A DNA stretch of 61,297 bases, counting the filler, from Gemmatimonadota bacterium (GTDB taxonomy: Bacteria > 4572-55 > J002): NCBI GenBank assembly GCA_003697105.1. It is 4 parts of 4 records of this genome, joined end to end, with 100 filler letters (N's around TTAATTAATTAA, not from the genome) between each part and the next. Parts side by side here need not be neighbours in the genome. Positions count along the whole stretch, not along the records: positions 1 to 18,434 come from RFFQ01000048.1; positions 18,535 to 35,491 come from RFFQ01000050.1; 2 more parts are not named here. The stretch is one strand, 5' to 3'. This document shows positions 9,693 to 20,376 of the stretch, piece by piece (positions within the stretch are counted from its first letter, which is position 1; every line of letters starts with the position of its first letter). Both the position numbers and the translations under genes were made by a program. Below the pieces are notes generated by a model. It did no database searches. It saw only the letters and a list, made by a program, of their open reading frames with translations, and was not told the origin of the DNA.

Positions 9693-12600
9693 TTACTGCA
9701 ACAGCACCATCCGGCGGGTTTGGGAAAACTCACCCGCTTCCAAGCGATAAAAATAGATACCACTCGCGACCGGCTGCCCCTCATCCGTGGTGCCCTCCCA
9801 ACTTACCGTGTATGACCCGGCGGTTTGGGACTGCTGAACTAACGTCCGCACCAACCGTCCACTACTATCGTATATCTTCACGCTGACCGGACTATCCTGC
9901 GGGAGTTGGTAGCGGATACTCGTCCGTGGGTTGAACGGGTTGGGCACGTTTTGAGATACAGCAAAATGAGCCGGTATCATGGTACTATTGGCAACTGGGG
10001 TTACTCCGGTGGAGGGGTCTTCCAGCCAATCTAATACTTCCTGCAAAACCTCCTCACGGGTGCTAAATTGAGGCTGGGCATTGTTGATCGCTTCTAAGCC
10101 AAATCCAAAATAGACCAGTTGGTAGTCCCCATTATAGTTGATTGCCCCTATTGCCTGATCGGGACCATGATAATAAAATGTTGCTTCCGCCCCGTTGATG
10201 GGTTCAATTTGGTTGGGGAACACCTGATTATTGGCACCGCCGTCTGCCCCAGAGATACGAATCAGTAGGTCATGGCTGATGGGATGCGCCGGGATACCTC
10301 TCAATACCGGCAAGCGATACTGTGCCACAACAAATTCGGTATGAAGGTAACTGGTATAAAAATCAAGTCCATTTTCATGTTCTACCAGATCAACACCAAT
10401 CCCTTGCCCGGTGAGGAACAGTTTCCCCCCTTGATCCAGATACGCCGCCAGCATCTCCTGATCGGCGGCGGTCAAGGTTTCCTCAAACTCGCTGCCGGTG
10501 TACCAAATGATCAGGTCATACAACCGTGCTTCTTCCAACGTCAACATGTCGCGGTCTAAATCGCGCCGTTCCGCCAAGACGTCAATATTATCCAACGCGC
10601 TCATATAGTATTGTTCCAAATCATCTCCGCCGTCATCATCCACCAATAAAATAGAGGGTCTGCCGATGTAGGTTTCCACGGTGAAAGCGCGGGATTCGTT
10701 GAAATTATCGCCTTCAATGGTGATGGTGAAAAACACCCGTTGGACATCCGCTTCAGGGTCAATAAAAAATTCAAAGGGGTTATCCACATTATCAACTTGT
10801 GCCGCAGTCTCAATGGTGCCCATCTCAATTTCGGCGGTGAGGAGTTCGATATCCGGATTTTCGGTAGAGAGGGTCGCCCGGGCATTTTCCACAATCAACC
10901 AGTTATCATTTTGCACCGCAAAGATCAACTGACCGGTTTCGCCGGCATCCAAGCGACCGTCATCATTGCCATCGGCATCATCGAAAAGCCAATTAATGAG
11001 GGTCAACATGGGGCGAGTTCCATCGGGACCGATACCGTGACGGTTGAAGGCGGTAAAAATCGCCTCGGTGTTGGGGGTGCCGTCGGAGACATCCCCATTA
11101 TCATCATCGGCAACCAAGACCTCGATCATATATTCCTCAAAGGCGACGCAGTCATCATCAGGGTCATCTGGCGTACCCCACCGGGCAAATTGGTGCAATG
11201 TATCTGCTCGTGAGCCGATCATTTGCCGCAAATCCCACATCGCGCCGCCAATCACTTGTCCACTAAAATGAACTTCCTGATTACCGGCAATTTCGCAAAT
11301 CAAGTTATTATCCAGATTGCGCAGGTGGGTACCGATCCCATCAAAGCCACGTCCCACAAGGGGTTGCTCTTCCATGAAACACCCTACCACGTCGGCAAGA
11401 CCTTCATGCATTGCCCCGTTGGTCATCCCCCACGGTGCCCCGGCTTCCTGATATACTTTATGATTGATGCCGTGACCGTACTCGTGATACACCACATTGG
11501 GAATCAGGGCGGTGTTGGGACAGCCATTGCCTGCCCGGAAAAAATTGATACCGGTACCGTTCCAAAAGGCGTTACAGGTATTGTCGATATTTACCGCACA
11601 CGGCATGGAATAATCCAAATAGGTAATTGAGGTATCGATGGTATTGATCCATTGGTACACTTTGTTGGTATGGTAAAAACCGTTTCGTTCCGCTTCATGG
11701 GAATTTTCATTGGTCCATTCGATGTTCACCGTGTCGCCCGGAGTCACTTCTACGGAGATAGCGGCATCCGCCCCATCTTGACGGTTGACATCCACAAAAT
11801 GACCCCGCAGTTGGGCATTGAGCACCCCGGATTCTTCGAGTTCCACCTCATAAAAACCGCTTTCATCGGTGTAGGTGGGGCTACCACTGATGGTAAGGCG
11901 CTCATCGCGGAACGGTTGTACCTCATCTGGGTCGGTGGGAAGTACCATTTTCACCCCGCCACTTACTGTACCGGAAACGGTATCGTAGCGTACTTGATTA
12001 AATCGCCAAATGATCTCACCACTGTGGGCATCCACAAAGGTGACCCAATTGCCGAGGGGTTGCTGGGTCATCATTTGCACTTCATACACCAGATGATACT
12101 GCATTCCGGCAGCTTGTTTCACCGGCAAAATCCAAAGATGACCACTTTCGGTGACAAAATCGGTTTGCGGGTCAAAGGCGAGGCCGGCGCGGGCGGCAAT
12201 TTCCGCTTCGGGCACACTCAGGTGCGGTGTGGTATCCACGGTGATCGCTGGATGGTAATCCGAACCGAACATCATCACCCGAGCATCCGGGGCGAGCCTT
12301 AACTCAATTTCGGAGTGAATCACCGGGATACCCTGATAGACCTGCTGGTACCCGACATACCAGACATTCCGTTTGCGAAATGCTTTGGTTTGCCGAATGT
12401 GATCGGTATCCACGTGGAGCACATCCGCATGATCCTGCAAAAATTGGCGGCTGGCGGCATCCACATTGGTTGCCGTGATAGCTGAAAAACCAGCAATGGG
12501 GATGCTCGGTCCAATCGCCCGGTGGGGATTCTCTGTAGCCACATTCCAGCGGTAAACCTGCCAATCCCCGTGCTGTTGGCGAAAAGTCTGCCATTGGGGA

Positions 12601-12743
12601 GACTGGTTCAAGGCGCGAATTTGAGCTGGATCAGGTGTCTCACAACACTCTCGCTGAGATAACGGGATTTCGCCTTCCGCAGCCACTAGCTGGGTTGCGT
12701 AAAAGCTGGCCAGCATAACCAAAACAATCAACAAACGGGACAT
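9693..12743 (-). CDS. Secreted thermolysin/fungalysin-like (M4/M36) zinc metallopeptidase with FTP/PepSY propeptide and T9SS/FlgD-type C-terminal domain
   Basis: Signal peptide; YQQVYQGIPV (FTP); FVDAHSGEII (PepSY); NAFWNG, HEYGH and HEGLAD zinc ligands; CTD QNVPNPFNP...SGIYFYRL...MVLLQ. RBS AAGGAGG favours the ATG at 12743. Confidence 0.88.
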   Translation of the reverse strand: MSRLLIVLVMLASFYATQLVAAEGEIPLSQRECCETPDPAQIRALNQSPQWQTFRQQHGDWQVYRWNVATENPHRAIGPSIPIAGFSAITATNVDAASRQFLQDHADVLHVDTDHIRQTKAFRKRNVWYVGYQQVYQGIPVIHSEIELRLAPDARVMMFGSDYHPAITVDTTPHLSVPEAEIAARAGLAFDPQTDFVTESGHLWILPVKQAAGMQYHLVYEVQMMTQQPLGNWVTFVDAHSGEIIWRFNQVRYDTVSGTVSGGVKMVLPTDPDEVQPFRDERLTISGSPTYTDESGFYEVELEESGVLNAQLRGHFVDVNRQDGADAAISVEVTPGDTVNIEWTNENSHEAERNGFYHTNKVYQWINTIDTSITYLDYSMPCAVNIDNTCNAFWNGTGINFFRAGNGCPNTALIPNVVYHEYGHGINHKVYQEAGAPWGMTNGAMHEGLADVVGCFMEEQPLVGRGFDGIGTHLRNLDNNLICEIAGNQEVHFSGQVIGGAMWDLRQMIGSRADTLHQFARWGTPDDPDDDCVAFEEYMIEVLVADDDNGDVSDGTPNTEAIFTAFNRHGIGPDGTRPMLTLINWLFDDADGNDDGRLDAGETGQLIFAVQNDNWLIVENARATLSTENPDIELLTAEIEMGTIETAAQVDNVDNPFEFFIDPEADVQRVFFTITIEGDNFNESRAFTVETYIGRPSILLVDDDGGDDLEQYYMSALDNIDVLAERRDLDRDMLTLEEARLYDLIIWYTGSEFEETLTAADQEMLAAYLDQGGKLFLTGQGIGVDLVEHENGLDFYTSYLHTEFVVAQYRLPVLRGIPAHPISHDLLIRISGADGGANNQVFPNQIEPINGAEATFYYHGPDQAIGAINYNGDYQLVYFGFGLEAINNAQPQFSTREEVLQEVLDWLEDPSTGVTPVANSTMIPAHFAVSQNVPNPFNPRTSIRYQLPQDSPVSVKIYDSSGRLVRTLVQQSQTAGSYTVSWEGTTDEGQPVASGIYFYRLEAGEFSQTRRMVLLQ

Positions 12744-12939
12744 ATGATTCATCCTCCTTAAATATTATATAGAAGTAACGTAACGGTCGGCGTCGCCGTC
12801 ACATCGGAATTGCGTGGAAGTGTGATAGTGTCTCGATGGAGAGTCAAAGCGGGGCGTAAATCAAAACACTGTGTGGGAGTGCGTATAGTTAATATGGGGA
12901 ATAAGCGTCTGTCAATCTCTTTTTCCTGCCGAATGCACA

Positions 12940-12982
12940 TAAAAAACACCCGGCCCCGTCGTCAGTTGCCGGGGTCGGGTGT
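12940..12982 (-). terminator. Intrinsic terminator of the repeat-protein gene
   Basis: ACACCCGGCCCCG / CGGGGTCGGGTGT stem followed by a T-tract on the minus strand. Confidence 0.75.
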
Positions 12983-13010
12983 GGAATTATACCACCGTAT
13001 CCAATAGACT

Positions 13011-16000
13011 TTATTTGACAATGGTCAAGCGGTCGATCTTTTCCTGTGTACTTCCGCTGGTAGTTAATTCAATGCGGTAAACATACAACCCACTGGCGAT
13101 GCCGCTCACCTCCCACGGGGTTTCATGCCAGCGTTGGCCGGTGATCTGCCCTTCGTATTCCCAAATGAGGTCACCCAGCACGTCAAACACCGTGATGGAA
13201 ACCGACCCCGCCGCATCTTCACAAAAATAGCGGAAAATCACATGATTCGGGGCAGGGGTGCCGTCTTCCATTACCGCTGCCGCTAAGGGGGCGGGGTTGG
13301 GATAGACATAGGAGTCGTCAAAACTATCGGTCAAGAGGCTGATGGTAACCTCTTGCAAGCCGCCATCTCCTACGGCGGTATCGGCGCCGAAACCCCCGTC
13401 GCCATCGGTATCTGCCGCATAGACCCGGTACACAAACCGGTCTTCCGGCGTGAGGGGGGGTAACGGGCGTACCGTGCGGTACGTTTCCATCACTTGGGCA
13501 ATACCATTGACGGTCACTTTTTCCATTGCCAATTCCTGGTGATCTTCCCTTAACTCACCATCGGTATCCCAATGAAGAACAACACTTGCCGGATCGATGC
13601 CCGTATCATCGGAGATGTCACACTGAATGAAAAATTCTTGAAACGCCGGAATTTCTGCCGGCTGGAAGTTGCTAAATTGTGGCGGACTGGAATCATCATC
13701 CAAAACGGTAACCGTCTGAAGGGCACTGATTCCGATCTGGCGGTCTTGATCCGAATCCTGATCCCGATCATTATCATAAGCAACAACCTGATAGACAAAA
13801 TCTTTGGGAGGTTGTCCGGGCAAGAGTTCGTCGGTGATAAAATCGACGGCTTCCATTGGGGTTCGCAGTCCGGAAATTGCCTTTGTACCCCGTGTGATAC
13901 CCGCTTTATGGCGGTCTGGAACCGGACTCATTGTAACCAGATTATAATCGAGGGTCAATTCCCCGTCATTATCCCACATCAGGTAAACACCCTGACCCTC
14001 AATACCGGTGTTATCATCGTAAATACCGGAGGCATCCTCAATCGTTACGGTGATATGGAATGGTTCGGTTTCGTTGACTTCAGCCGGAGCAAAATTGCGG
14101 AATACTGGCGGATCGGCGTCATCATCACCAATCGTCAGGAATTGCTCGGCGCTACTACCTTGCATTTGGTCTGCCGGATCGTTGTTATCGCGGTCGTCAT
14201 CGGTGGCATAAACGATGTACTTCACCATCCATCCGGCAGGGGCTGTGGGAACAGGGGTTGTGGTGCGATACTGGTCACCGGTATTCAGTGCCTCCATTGG
14301 GAAGGTACCGACATCATTAAAGGTTGATCCCCCATCGTTACTGATAAAGACCTGTGCCGAAGCCGTGCTAATCCCAGAGGGGTCGGTAATGACACAACGG
14401 ATATAAAAGTCGGTGGCATCATCAATTTGTAACGGGGCGAAGTCACTGAACACTGGCGGGGCGGCATCATCATCATTCAAGGTGATGGATTGGGTCGCGC
14501 TTATACCGGTTGTTGGGTCATCGGTATAACCGCCATCCATATCGTTATCGGTGGCTTCCACGCGATAGACAAACTCGGCGGAAATTGCTTGTGCCGGAAT
14601 CAAATCTACCGTGCGATACATATTATTTTCCACCCATTCCATCGCCATGGATTGGCTGTTTTCGTCCAATTCGCCATCATTATCCCAATAGAGCGTGGCG
14701 GCGGCAATTCCAGAGGGGTCCGTAATGGTGCAGGTGATGTAGAACGGTGCCGTATCTTCCACGCTGGCGGGCGCAAAATCGGCAAACTGGGGCGCATCGG
14801 TGTCATCATCGCTGAGCGTGATGGTTTGTATGGCGCTAATTCCCGGCATCCGGTCACTTGCCCGCCCCTGATCGGCATCATCATCAAAGGCAAATACCTG
14901 ATACACCAGATCGGCATTCAGTGCTTGCACCGGTAGGGGTTCATCACTGGCAAACGTATCGCCTTGCCAACGGGAAAGCTGAATTTCGTTCGCACCGTTG
15001 TTTAGGTTGCCGTCATTATCCCATAACAGGTAAACGCCTTGCCCCTCACTGCCGGAATCATCATCAAAAATACCCGACGCATCCGTGATATTGACACGGA
15101 TGGTAATTTCCTCTCCGTCCACGGCTTCCAACGGGGCAAAATTGCTGAAACTCGGCGGTGTGATGTCATCATCCGCCACGATAATGATTTGGGGTTCGCT
15201 AACCCCGGATGTCCGGTCGGCGTCATTTTGGTTATCAAAATCGTTGTCATTGGCTTCAATGGTAAATGTCAGGGTTTCGGCAAACTCCGTTAGAGTGATG
15301 GCTTCGGTCTGGTATAGACCGCTATTATCATCGAAGGTCATCGGATACCGGGTACCTTCCAATACCGCGACGGCTTCGTAAATACCGGATTCATCCTCAA
15401 TGCGGCATTCAACCATAAACGACTGGTTGTCTTCAATTGAAGTTGGGGCAAAATCAGAGAATGTTGGCGGTGTGGTATCGTCATCAACGACTTCAATGGA
15501 TTGAATATCACTGGTAGATGTTGTGCGGTCGTCTTCATTTTCCGCATCAAAATCGCCATCGGTGGCGATGACTTGATAGACAAAATCCACGCCCCACATC
15601 TGAGCCGGAATCGGGTTCGCCGTTTGGAACATTTCGGCACGTAAGGTCGCGCCGGCTTTGCTAACACGGCTCGAACGTCCGGGTGAGATGACCTCTAGCG
15701 GCACTTGATTGTAATCTTCGTCCAATTCACCATCATTATCCCAAATCAGATTGGCATCGTAAATACCGCTGGGATCGTCGATGGTAACAAAAATATCAAA
15801 ATCGTTGGCGTCGGTGACTTGTGCCGGTTCAAAATCGCTGTAAGTAGGACCTTCGGTATCATCATCTTCAATCCAAATCGATTGCTCGGCGCTGATCGAC
15901 TGGGTGCGGTCATCACTGCCGCTGTCGTTATCATCATCATAGGCATAGACACGGTAGGTCAGTGTCGAACCGGCGGGTTGTTGCGGGATCATCCGGTCAC

Positions 16001-18434
16001 TTTCAAATTGGTCACTATTGCCCACCCGGCTCATCTGGTATTCGGAGCCATCCCCTAGCACCAGATAAACGCCTTGCCCCTCACTGCCGCTATCGTCATC
16101 ATACACGCCGCTTTCATCGGTGATGGTACACCGGATCGTGAATGGGGCGCCGTCCAAGGTGGTGGTAGGGGCAAAATTGCTGAAGAGGGGACCATCACGG
16201 TCATCATCGTAAATGACAACTGCCTGAATCGCGCTAATCAATTGGCGGCGGTCTTGGGGTAGCCCGTTATCCGAATCATCATCAAAAGCATAAATTTGAT
16301 AGACAAAATCGGCATTCACATCTTGGCGCGGAATCGGATCAGCCGTGCGGAACGTCATTTCAATGAAGCGATTATGGTACACCCGGATCGGGTGGGCGAT
16401 GCGCCCACTACCACTACTGACACTCATGGAGACTTCGTTATAATCTTGCGAGAGTTCACCGTCGTTATCCCAGCGTAAGTAAACCGCGCTTTCATCAATG
16501 CCGGACTCATCATTGAGGGTAGCAAAAATGTAAAAATCACTGCCGTCATCCATTTCTTCTGGTTCGGTACTGACCAGCACTGGCGGATTGACATCGTCAT
16601 CCAAAATGGTAATACTGCGGATGTTGGAAACCGCCGAAAGAACGTCGCCGGGGTGATCCTGATCCCCATCCATGGCAAAAATCTGATAGACAAAGTTTGT
16701 ACCGGTGGGTTGGCTGGGGATGGGTGTCACCGTTACCCATGTATCACCGCTCTCTAATGCCAGATCCACGCGGAGACCGCCACCCGGTGTCCCGTCATCG
16801 TCCCACAAAATGTAAGCGTCGGAGATGCCGCTGGCATCGGTCAGCTCGACGGAAATATGAATCTCTTCATCATCAAACACTTGCGATGGTGTGGAATTGC
16901 CGATTACGGGAGGCTCTATATCATCATCCACAACCGTGATATTCTGCATGAAGGTCACCATTGTTTCCATATCCCCGGGATGGTCATTATCGGCATCGGT
17001 GGCATACACCCGAAAGACGACGTCTGCTCCGGTACGTTGGCGAGGTATTTGAGTAATGGTGCGATAGGTACTGCCGGAGAGCAAGACCAAATCCAATTGA
17101 TTGGCATCCTGCACCAGTTCACCATCGTTATCCCATTCTACATAGGCTTCGGATAAGCCGCTTTCATCGGTGATGTCTGCCGTGATATAGAATGGATCGC
17201 CATCGGTGACTTGCACCGGTAACATATTCGTAATGACCGGCGGTTCGGTATCATCATCACTGACCAAAATGGTCTGGATAGCGGATTCTGCCACCAATTG
17301 ATCATTTTCGTGATCCTGATCGCCATCGATTGCCGTCACCTGATAGACAAAATCCACCTCTGGGGCTTGGGCGGGAATTGGGGTCACCGTGCGATAGTTG
17401 AGGTCATCAATGGTGGAAAGATTGACCCGCGTACCGCCTTCAATAGTACCGTCATCATCCCAAATTAAAAACGCCTCATCAATACCGCTGGCATCGGTAA
17501 TTTGGCAGGTGATGGTGAACGCGGCATTGTCCAGCACAGCGGTTGGGGCAAAACTGCTAATTTCCGGAGGAGCGGCATCATCATCCTGTACAATCAGTGT
17601 CCGCAAATTGGAAAAGGACTCGCTTTCATCATCCGCATGGTCGGCGTCCGCATCCGTGGCATAAATACGAAATACGAATGCCGTACCTGCCGCTTGTGAC
17701 GGGATCAAACTAACAGTACGGTAGTGGTCACCGGTTTGCAACGCCATTTGCGTCACGCGGTAATTATCTTCCAGACTGCCGTCATTATCCCAGTGAACTT
17801 CCACCTGTTGGACACCGCTTTCATCGGTGACATCCGCTTCAATATGGAACGGGGCATTATCCTGCACACTGGTGGGCAAAATACCGGTAATGGTGGGACC
17901 CTGCGGGTCATCATCCAGCACCGTGATCGACTGCAACGCCGAAACGCCCAGCGTTCCATCCCCCGGATGGTCCGCATCGCCATCCACCGCATACACCTGA
18001 TAGACAAACGGTGTACCGGCCGGTTGGGCTAACATCTGATTTTCGGTCTGGTACACATCGTTGCCAATTAAGACCAGCTCGATTTCATTATAATCGGTTT
18101 GTAACTCGCCGTCGGTATCCCAACGCAAGTAGCTTTCCGCAATATCGTTTTCATCGGTGATGGTCACGCTGATATGGAAGTTCTGATCATCCGTGACCTG
18201 TGAGGGGGCAAAATTGCTGAACGTGGGGGGTGTACGATCATCATCAATAATGACCACGTTCTGCGGAGGCGAAATGGTCTGGAGCGGGTCGCCCGGAAAG
18301 TCATTATCGGCATCAACCGCAATAACGATATAGGCAAAGGGTGTTCCGGCGGCAAACGTACCAAAAGCGGTGGTGGAGTAGTAATTGATACCGTCGTCGG
18401 TTTCCAACGGTACCACCGTACCATCGGAGGGGTC
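13011..18434 (-). CDS. Giant acidic tandem-repeat secreted/surface protein with T9SS-like C-terminal domain; 5'-truncated at assembly gap
   Basis: Frame stays open up to the gap; 14 complete repeats of about 105-135 aa starting DDD-x2-[PG]P plus one partial; C-terminus YVYPNP...FDVLGDLI...ASGLYVYRI...IVK. Confidence 0.85.
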   Translation of the reverse strand, partial: DPSDGTVVPLETDDGINYYSTTAFGTFAAGTPFAYIVIAVDADNDFPGDPLQTISPPQNVVIIDDDRTPPTFSNFAPSQVTDDQNFHISVTITDENDIAESYLRWDTDGELQTDYNEIELVLIGNDVYQTENQMLAQPAGTPFVYQVYAVDGDADHPGDGTLGVSALQSITVLDDDPQGPTITGILPTSVQDNAPFHIEADVTDESGVQQVEVHWDNDGSLEDNYRVTQMALQTGDHYRTVSLIPSQAAGTAFVFRIYATDADADHADDESESFSNLRTLIVQDDDAAPPEISSFAPTAVLDNAAFTITCQITDASGIDEAFLIWDDDGTIEGGTRVNLSTIDDLNYRTVTPIPAQAPEVDFVYQVTAIDGDQDHENDQLVAESAIQTILVSDDDTEPPVITNMLPVQVTDGDPFYITADITDESGLSEAYVEWDNDGELVQDANQLDLVLLSGSTYRTITQIPRQRTGADVVFRVYATDADNDHPGDMETMVTFMQNITVVDDDIEPPVIGNSTPSQVFDDEEIHISVELTDASGISDAYILWDDDGTPGGGLRVDLALESGDTWVTVTPIPSQPTGTNFVYQIFAMDGDQDHPGDVLSAVSNIRSITILDDDVNPPVLVSTEPEEMDDGSDFYIFATLNDESGIDESAVYLRWDNDGELSQDYNEVSMSVSSGSGRIAHPIRVYHNRFIEMTFRTADPIPRQDVNADFVYQIYAFDDDSDNGLPQDRRQLISAIQAVVIYDDDRDGPLFSNFAPTTTLDGAPFTIRCTITDESGVYDDDSGSEGQGVYLVLGDGSEYQMSRVGNSDQFESDRMIPQQPAGSTLTYRVYAYDDDNDSGSDDRTQSISAEQSIWIEDDDTEGPTYSDFEPAQVTDANDFDIFVTIDDPSGIYDANLIWDNDGELDEDYNQVPLEVISPGRSSRVSKAGATLRAEMFQTANPIPAQMWGVDFVYQVIATDGDFDAENEDDRTTSTSDIQSIEVVDDDTTPPTFSDFAPTSIEDNQSFMVECRIEDESGIYEAVAVLEGTRYPMTFDDNSGLYQTEAITLTEFAETLTFTIEANDNDFDNQNDADRTSGVSEPQIIIVADDDITPPSFSNFAPLEAVDGEEITIRVNITDASGIFDDDSGSEGQGVYLLWDNDGNLNNGANEIQLSRWQGDTFASDEPLPVQALNADLVYQVFAFDDDADQGRASDRMPGISAIQTITLSDDDTDAPQFADFAPASVEDTAPFYITCTITDPSGIAAATLYWDNDGELDENSQSMAMEWVENNMYRTVDLIPAQAISAEFVYRVEATDNDMDGGYTDDPTTGISATQSITLNDDDAAPPVFSDFAPLQIDDATDFYIRCVITDPSGISTASAQVFISNDGGSTFNDVGTFPMEALNTGDQYRTTTPVPTAPAGWMVKYIVYATDDDRDNNDPADQMQGSSAEQFLTIGDDDADPPVFRNFAPAEVNETEPFHITVTIEDASGIYDDNTGIEGQGVYLMWDNDGELTLDYNLVTMSPVPDRHKAGITRGTKAISGLRTPMEAVDFITDELLPGQPPKDFVYQVVAYDNDRDQDSDQDRQIGISALQTVTVLDDDSSPPQFSNFQPAEIPAFQEFFIQCDISDDTGIDPASVVLHWDTDGELREDHQELAMEKVTVNGIAQVMETYRTVRPLPPLTPEDRFVYRVYAADTDGDGGFGADTAVGDGGLQEVTISLLTDSFDDSYVYPNPAPLAAAVMEDGTPAPNHVIFRYFCEDAAGSVSITVFDVLGDLIWEYEGQITGQRWHETPWEVSGIASGLYVYRIELTTSGSTQEKIDRLTIVK

Positions 18435-18534
18435 NNNNNNNNNNNNNNNNNNNNNNNNNNNNNNNNNNNNNNNNNNNNTTAATTAATTAANNNNNNNNNN
18501 NNNNNNNNNNNNNNNNNNNNNNNNNNNNNNNNNN
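18435..18534. other. Assembly gap/contig linker
   Basis: 44 N + TTAATTAATTAA + 44 N, an artificial all-frame stop spacer. Confidence 0.97.
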
Positions 18535-18572
18535 AACTCATAAAACTCTCCAACTCCCCAACTCCCGAACTC
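18535..18572. repeat. Short ~8-bp tandem repeat (AACTC core) at contig end
   Basis: AACTC at 18535, 18544, 18552, 18560 and 18568, just downstream of the cytochrome stop codon. Confidence 0.55.
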
Positions 18573-20282
18573 TCACCGGTCATCATCCCAGCCGTGGGGA
18601 GTATGGCAAAGTGAGCAATCGGTGGGGTAATTCAATGCCACGTGGTCGGGGTCATCGGCATTGAGGTAATCTTCCATGTGGCAACTGTAGCAGTCTGTGG
18701 ATTTACCATCATAGATGTTATCGGCGTGGCAATCGCCACAATCGGCGTTGCGGTGGCGTCCAATCAGCGGGAAGTCGGTACTGTTGTGGTCAAAATGACC
18801 TTCTTCCCAACCGAAGGGGGAATGGCAGAATTCGCACCGGGTGGAGAAGCCTGCCGCCTGATGATCTGGGTCACGGGTGGTTTCGTATTCGGCGGCGTGG
18901 CAACTATAGCAGTCGTCGGGTTTGCCATCGTAAACGCCATCCGCATGGCACTGGATGCACGCTACTCCGGTGTGCCTGCCCACGAGGGGGAAATCCGTAC
19001 GGGTGTTGTGGTCAAATACGGCGCCTTCCCAGCCATAGGGATCGTGGCAGAGGGCACATTCTGTGGGGAAGCCCGCATCGGTATGGTTAGGGTCTTCGGT
19101 TTGCTGGTAATCGGTTTCGTGGCAGATGGCGCAATCGGTGGGTGTACCGGTATAAACCCCATCCGTATGGCACTGGTTACAGTCCGCTTGTGCATGAAAT
19201 CCCACCAGCGGATACGAGGTATAGGTGTTATGATCGAAGGTGGTCTGTTCCCAACCGGTGGGCGTATGGCAGATGTCGCAGGTTGTCGGGAACTGCGCGG
19301 CAAGGTGATCCGGGTTCTGTGTCTGCTGGTACGCTCCGGCGTGGCAAATGACACACTCGGTGGATTTCCCGTTAAAAACGCCGTCGCCATGACATTCCAG
19401 ACAGCCCGTTTGCCGGTGGCGCCCTTCTAATGGGAAATCCGTGCGTAAGGTGTGATCGAACGCAGTTGCCTCCTCAAAATCAAAGGTATTGTGACAGATG
19501 GTACAATCCGTCGGAAAGCCGGCCGTGAGATGATCCGGGTTTTTCGCGTGTTGAAAGTCGGTTTCATGGCAGGCATAGCAATCCTCCGCCTGCGGTAGCG
19601 GGTGTTGGGGGTTGTGGCACGTGCCGCAGTCCGTCTGCCGGTGGCCGCCCACCAACGGAAACGTTGCCGGATGGGTAAAGCGTGCTTGCTCCCAAACGGT
19701 GTGTTGTGCAGAATGGCAAGATTCGCAGTCTGTGGAGAAGTGTAAATTCACATGGTCCGGCGATCTTGCCGCGAAGAAGTCACCGGCATGGCAACTGGCG
19801 CAGGTTGTGGAACGTCCACTAAACAGATCGCCTTCCTGCGCCACATGGCAGGCACCGCAGTCCAGCAGCGCGTGCCGCCCCACCAGCGGAAATCCGGTTT
19901 GCTGGTGGTCATAGGTACGGCTGGCGGAGTATTGCCAATCCACCGGATGGTGGCAGCGCTCACAGTCCGACCCCAACTCGCCGTGATGCACCTCATCGGG
20001 GTGGCAATCGGCACACATCACCCCGATATTGGCAAAGATTAAATCCGTGTGGCAGTTACGGCAGGCAACGCTTTGATGTTGTCCGTTTAGCGGGAATCCC
20101 GTCTCGCCATGATCAAAATCAAGTGCATCTTTCAGTTGCCAACCTCGTGCTGTGGTGTGGCATTGCGAACATTCTCGTGTAAACCCCTTGCCGTGCGGAG
20201 ATGTTGGGCGTTGCTGGGTGTGTGCGGTGCGCATCCCCGGGATCAGGATGATAATTATGAGGATAAACATGAGATTTTTCAT
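18573..20282 (-). CDS. 22-heme c-type cytochrome built of tandem tri-heme modules
   Basis: 22 CxxCH motifs counted; repeated FDH..FPL.G.H..CxxCH..CxxCH..H..CxxCH units; signal-like MKNLMFILIIIILIPG after an AAGGA RBS (start 20282). Confidence 0.9.
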   Translation of the reverse strand: MKNLMFILIIIILIPGMRTAHTQQRPTSPHGKGFTRECSQCHTTARGWQLKDALDFDHGETGFPLNGQHQSVACRNCHTDLIFANIGVMCADCHPDEVHHGELGSDCERCHHPVDWQYSASRTYDHQQTGFPLVGRHALLDCGACHVAQEGDLFSGRSTTCASCHAGDFFAARSPDHVNLHFSTDCESCHSAQHTVWEQARFTHPATFPLVGGHRQTDCGTCHNPQHPLPQAEDCYACHETDFQHAKNPDHLTAGFPTDCTICHNTFDFEEATAFDHTLRTDFPLEGRHRQTGCLECHGDGVFNGKSTECVICHAGAYQQTQNPDHLAAQFPTTCDICHTPTGWEQTTFDHNTYTSYPLVGFHAQADCNQCHTDGVYTGTPTDCAICHETDYQQTEDPNHTDAGFPTECALCHDPYGWEGAVFDHNTRTDFPLVGRHTGVACIQCHADGVYDGKPDDCYSCHAAEYETTRDPDHQAAGFSTRCEFCHSPFGWEEGHFDHNSTDFPLIGRHRNADCGDCHADNIYDGKSTDCYSCHMEDYLNADDPDHVALNYPTDCSLCHTPHGWDDDR

Positions 20283-20376
20283 GGAGACGTTTTCCTTTTT
20301 TCGATTGTGGCTCCCAAATTTCCGGCATGGCTCTTTTTTAAAGGTTTCACCCTTCCGGTGATCCTCAGATTTAGAA

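Noticed and set aside
18479-18490. TTAATTAATTAA palindrome recurring in all three N-runs
   Set aside because: Artificial linker with stops in all frames; not biological. Gene neighbourhoods across it were not used as evidence.
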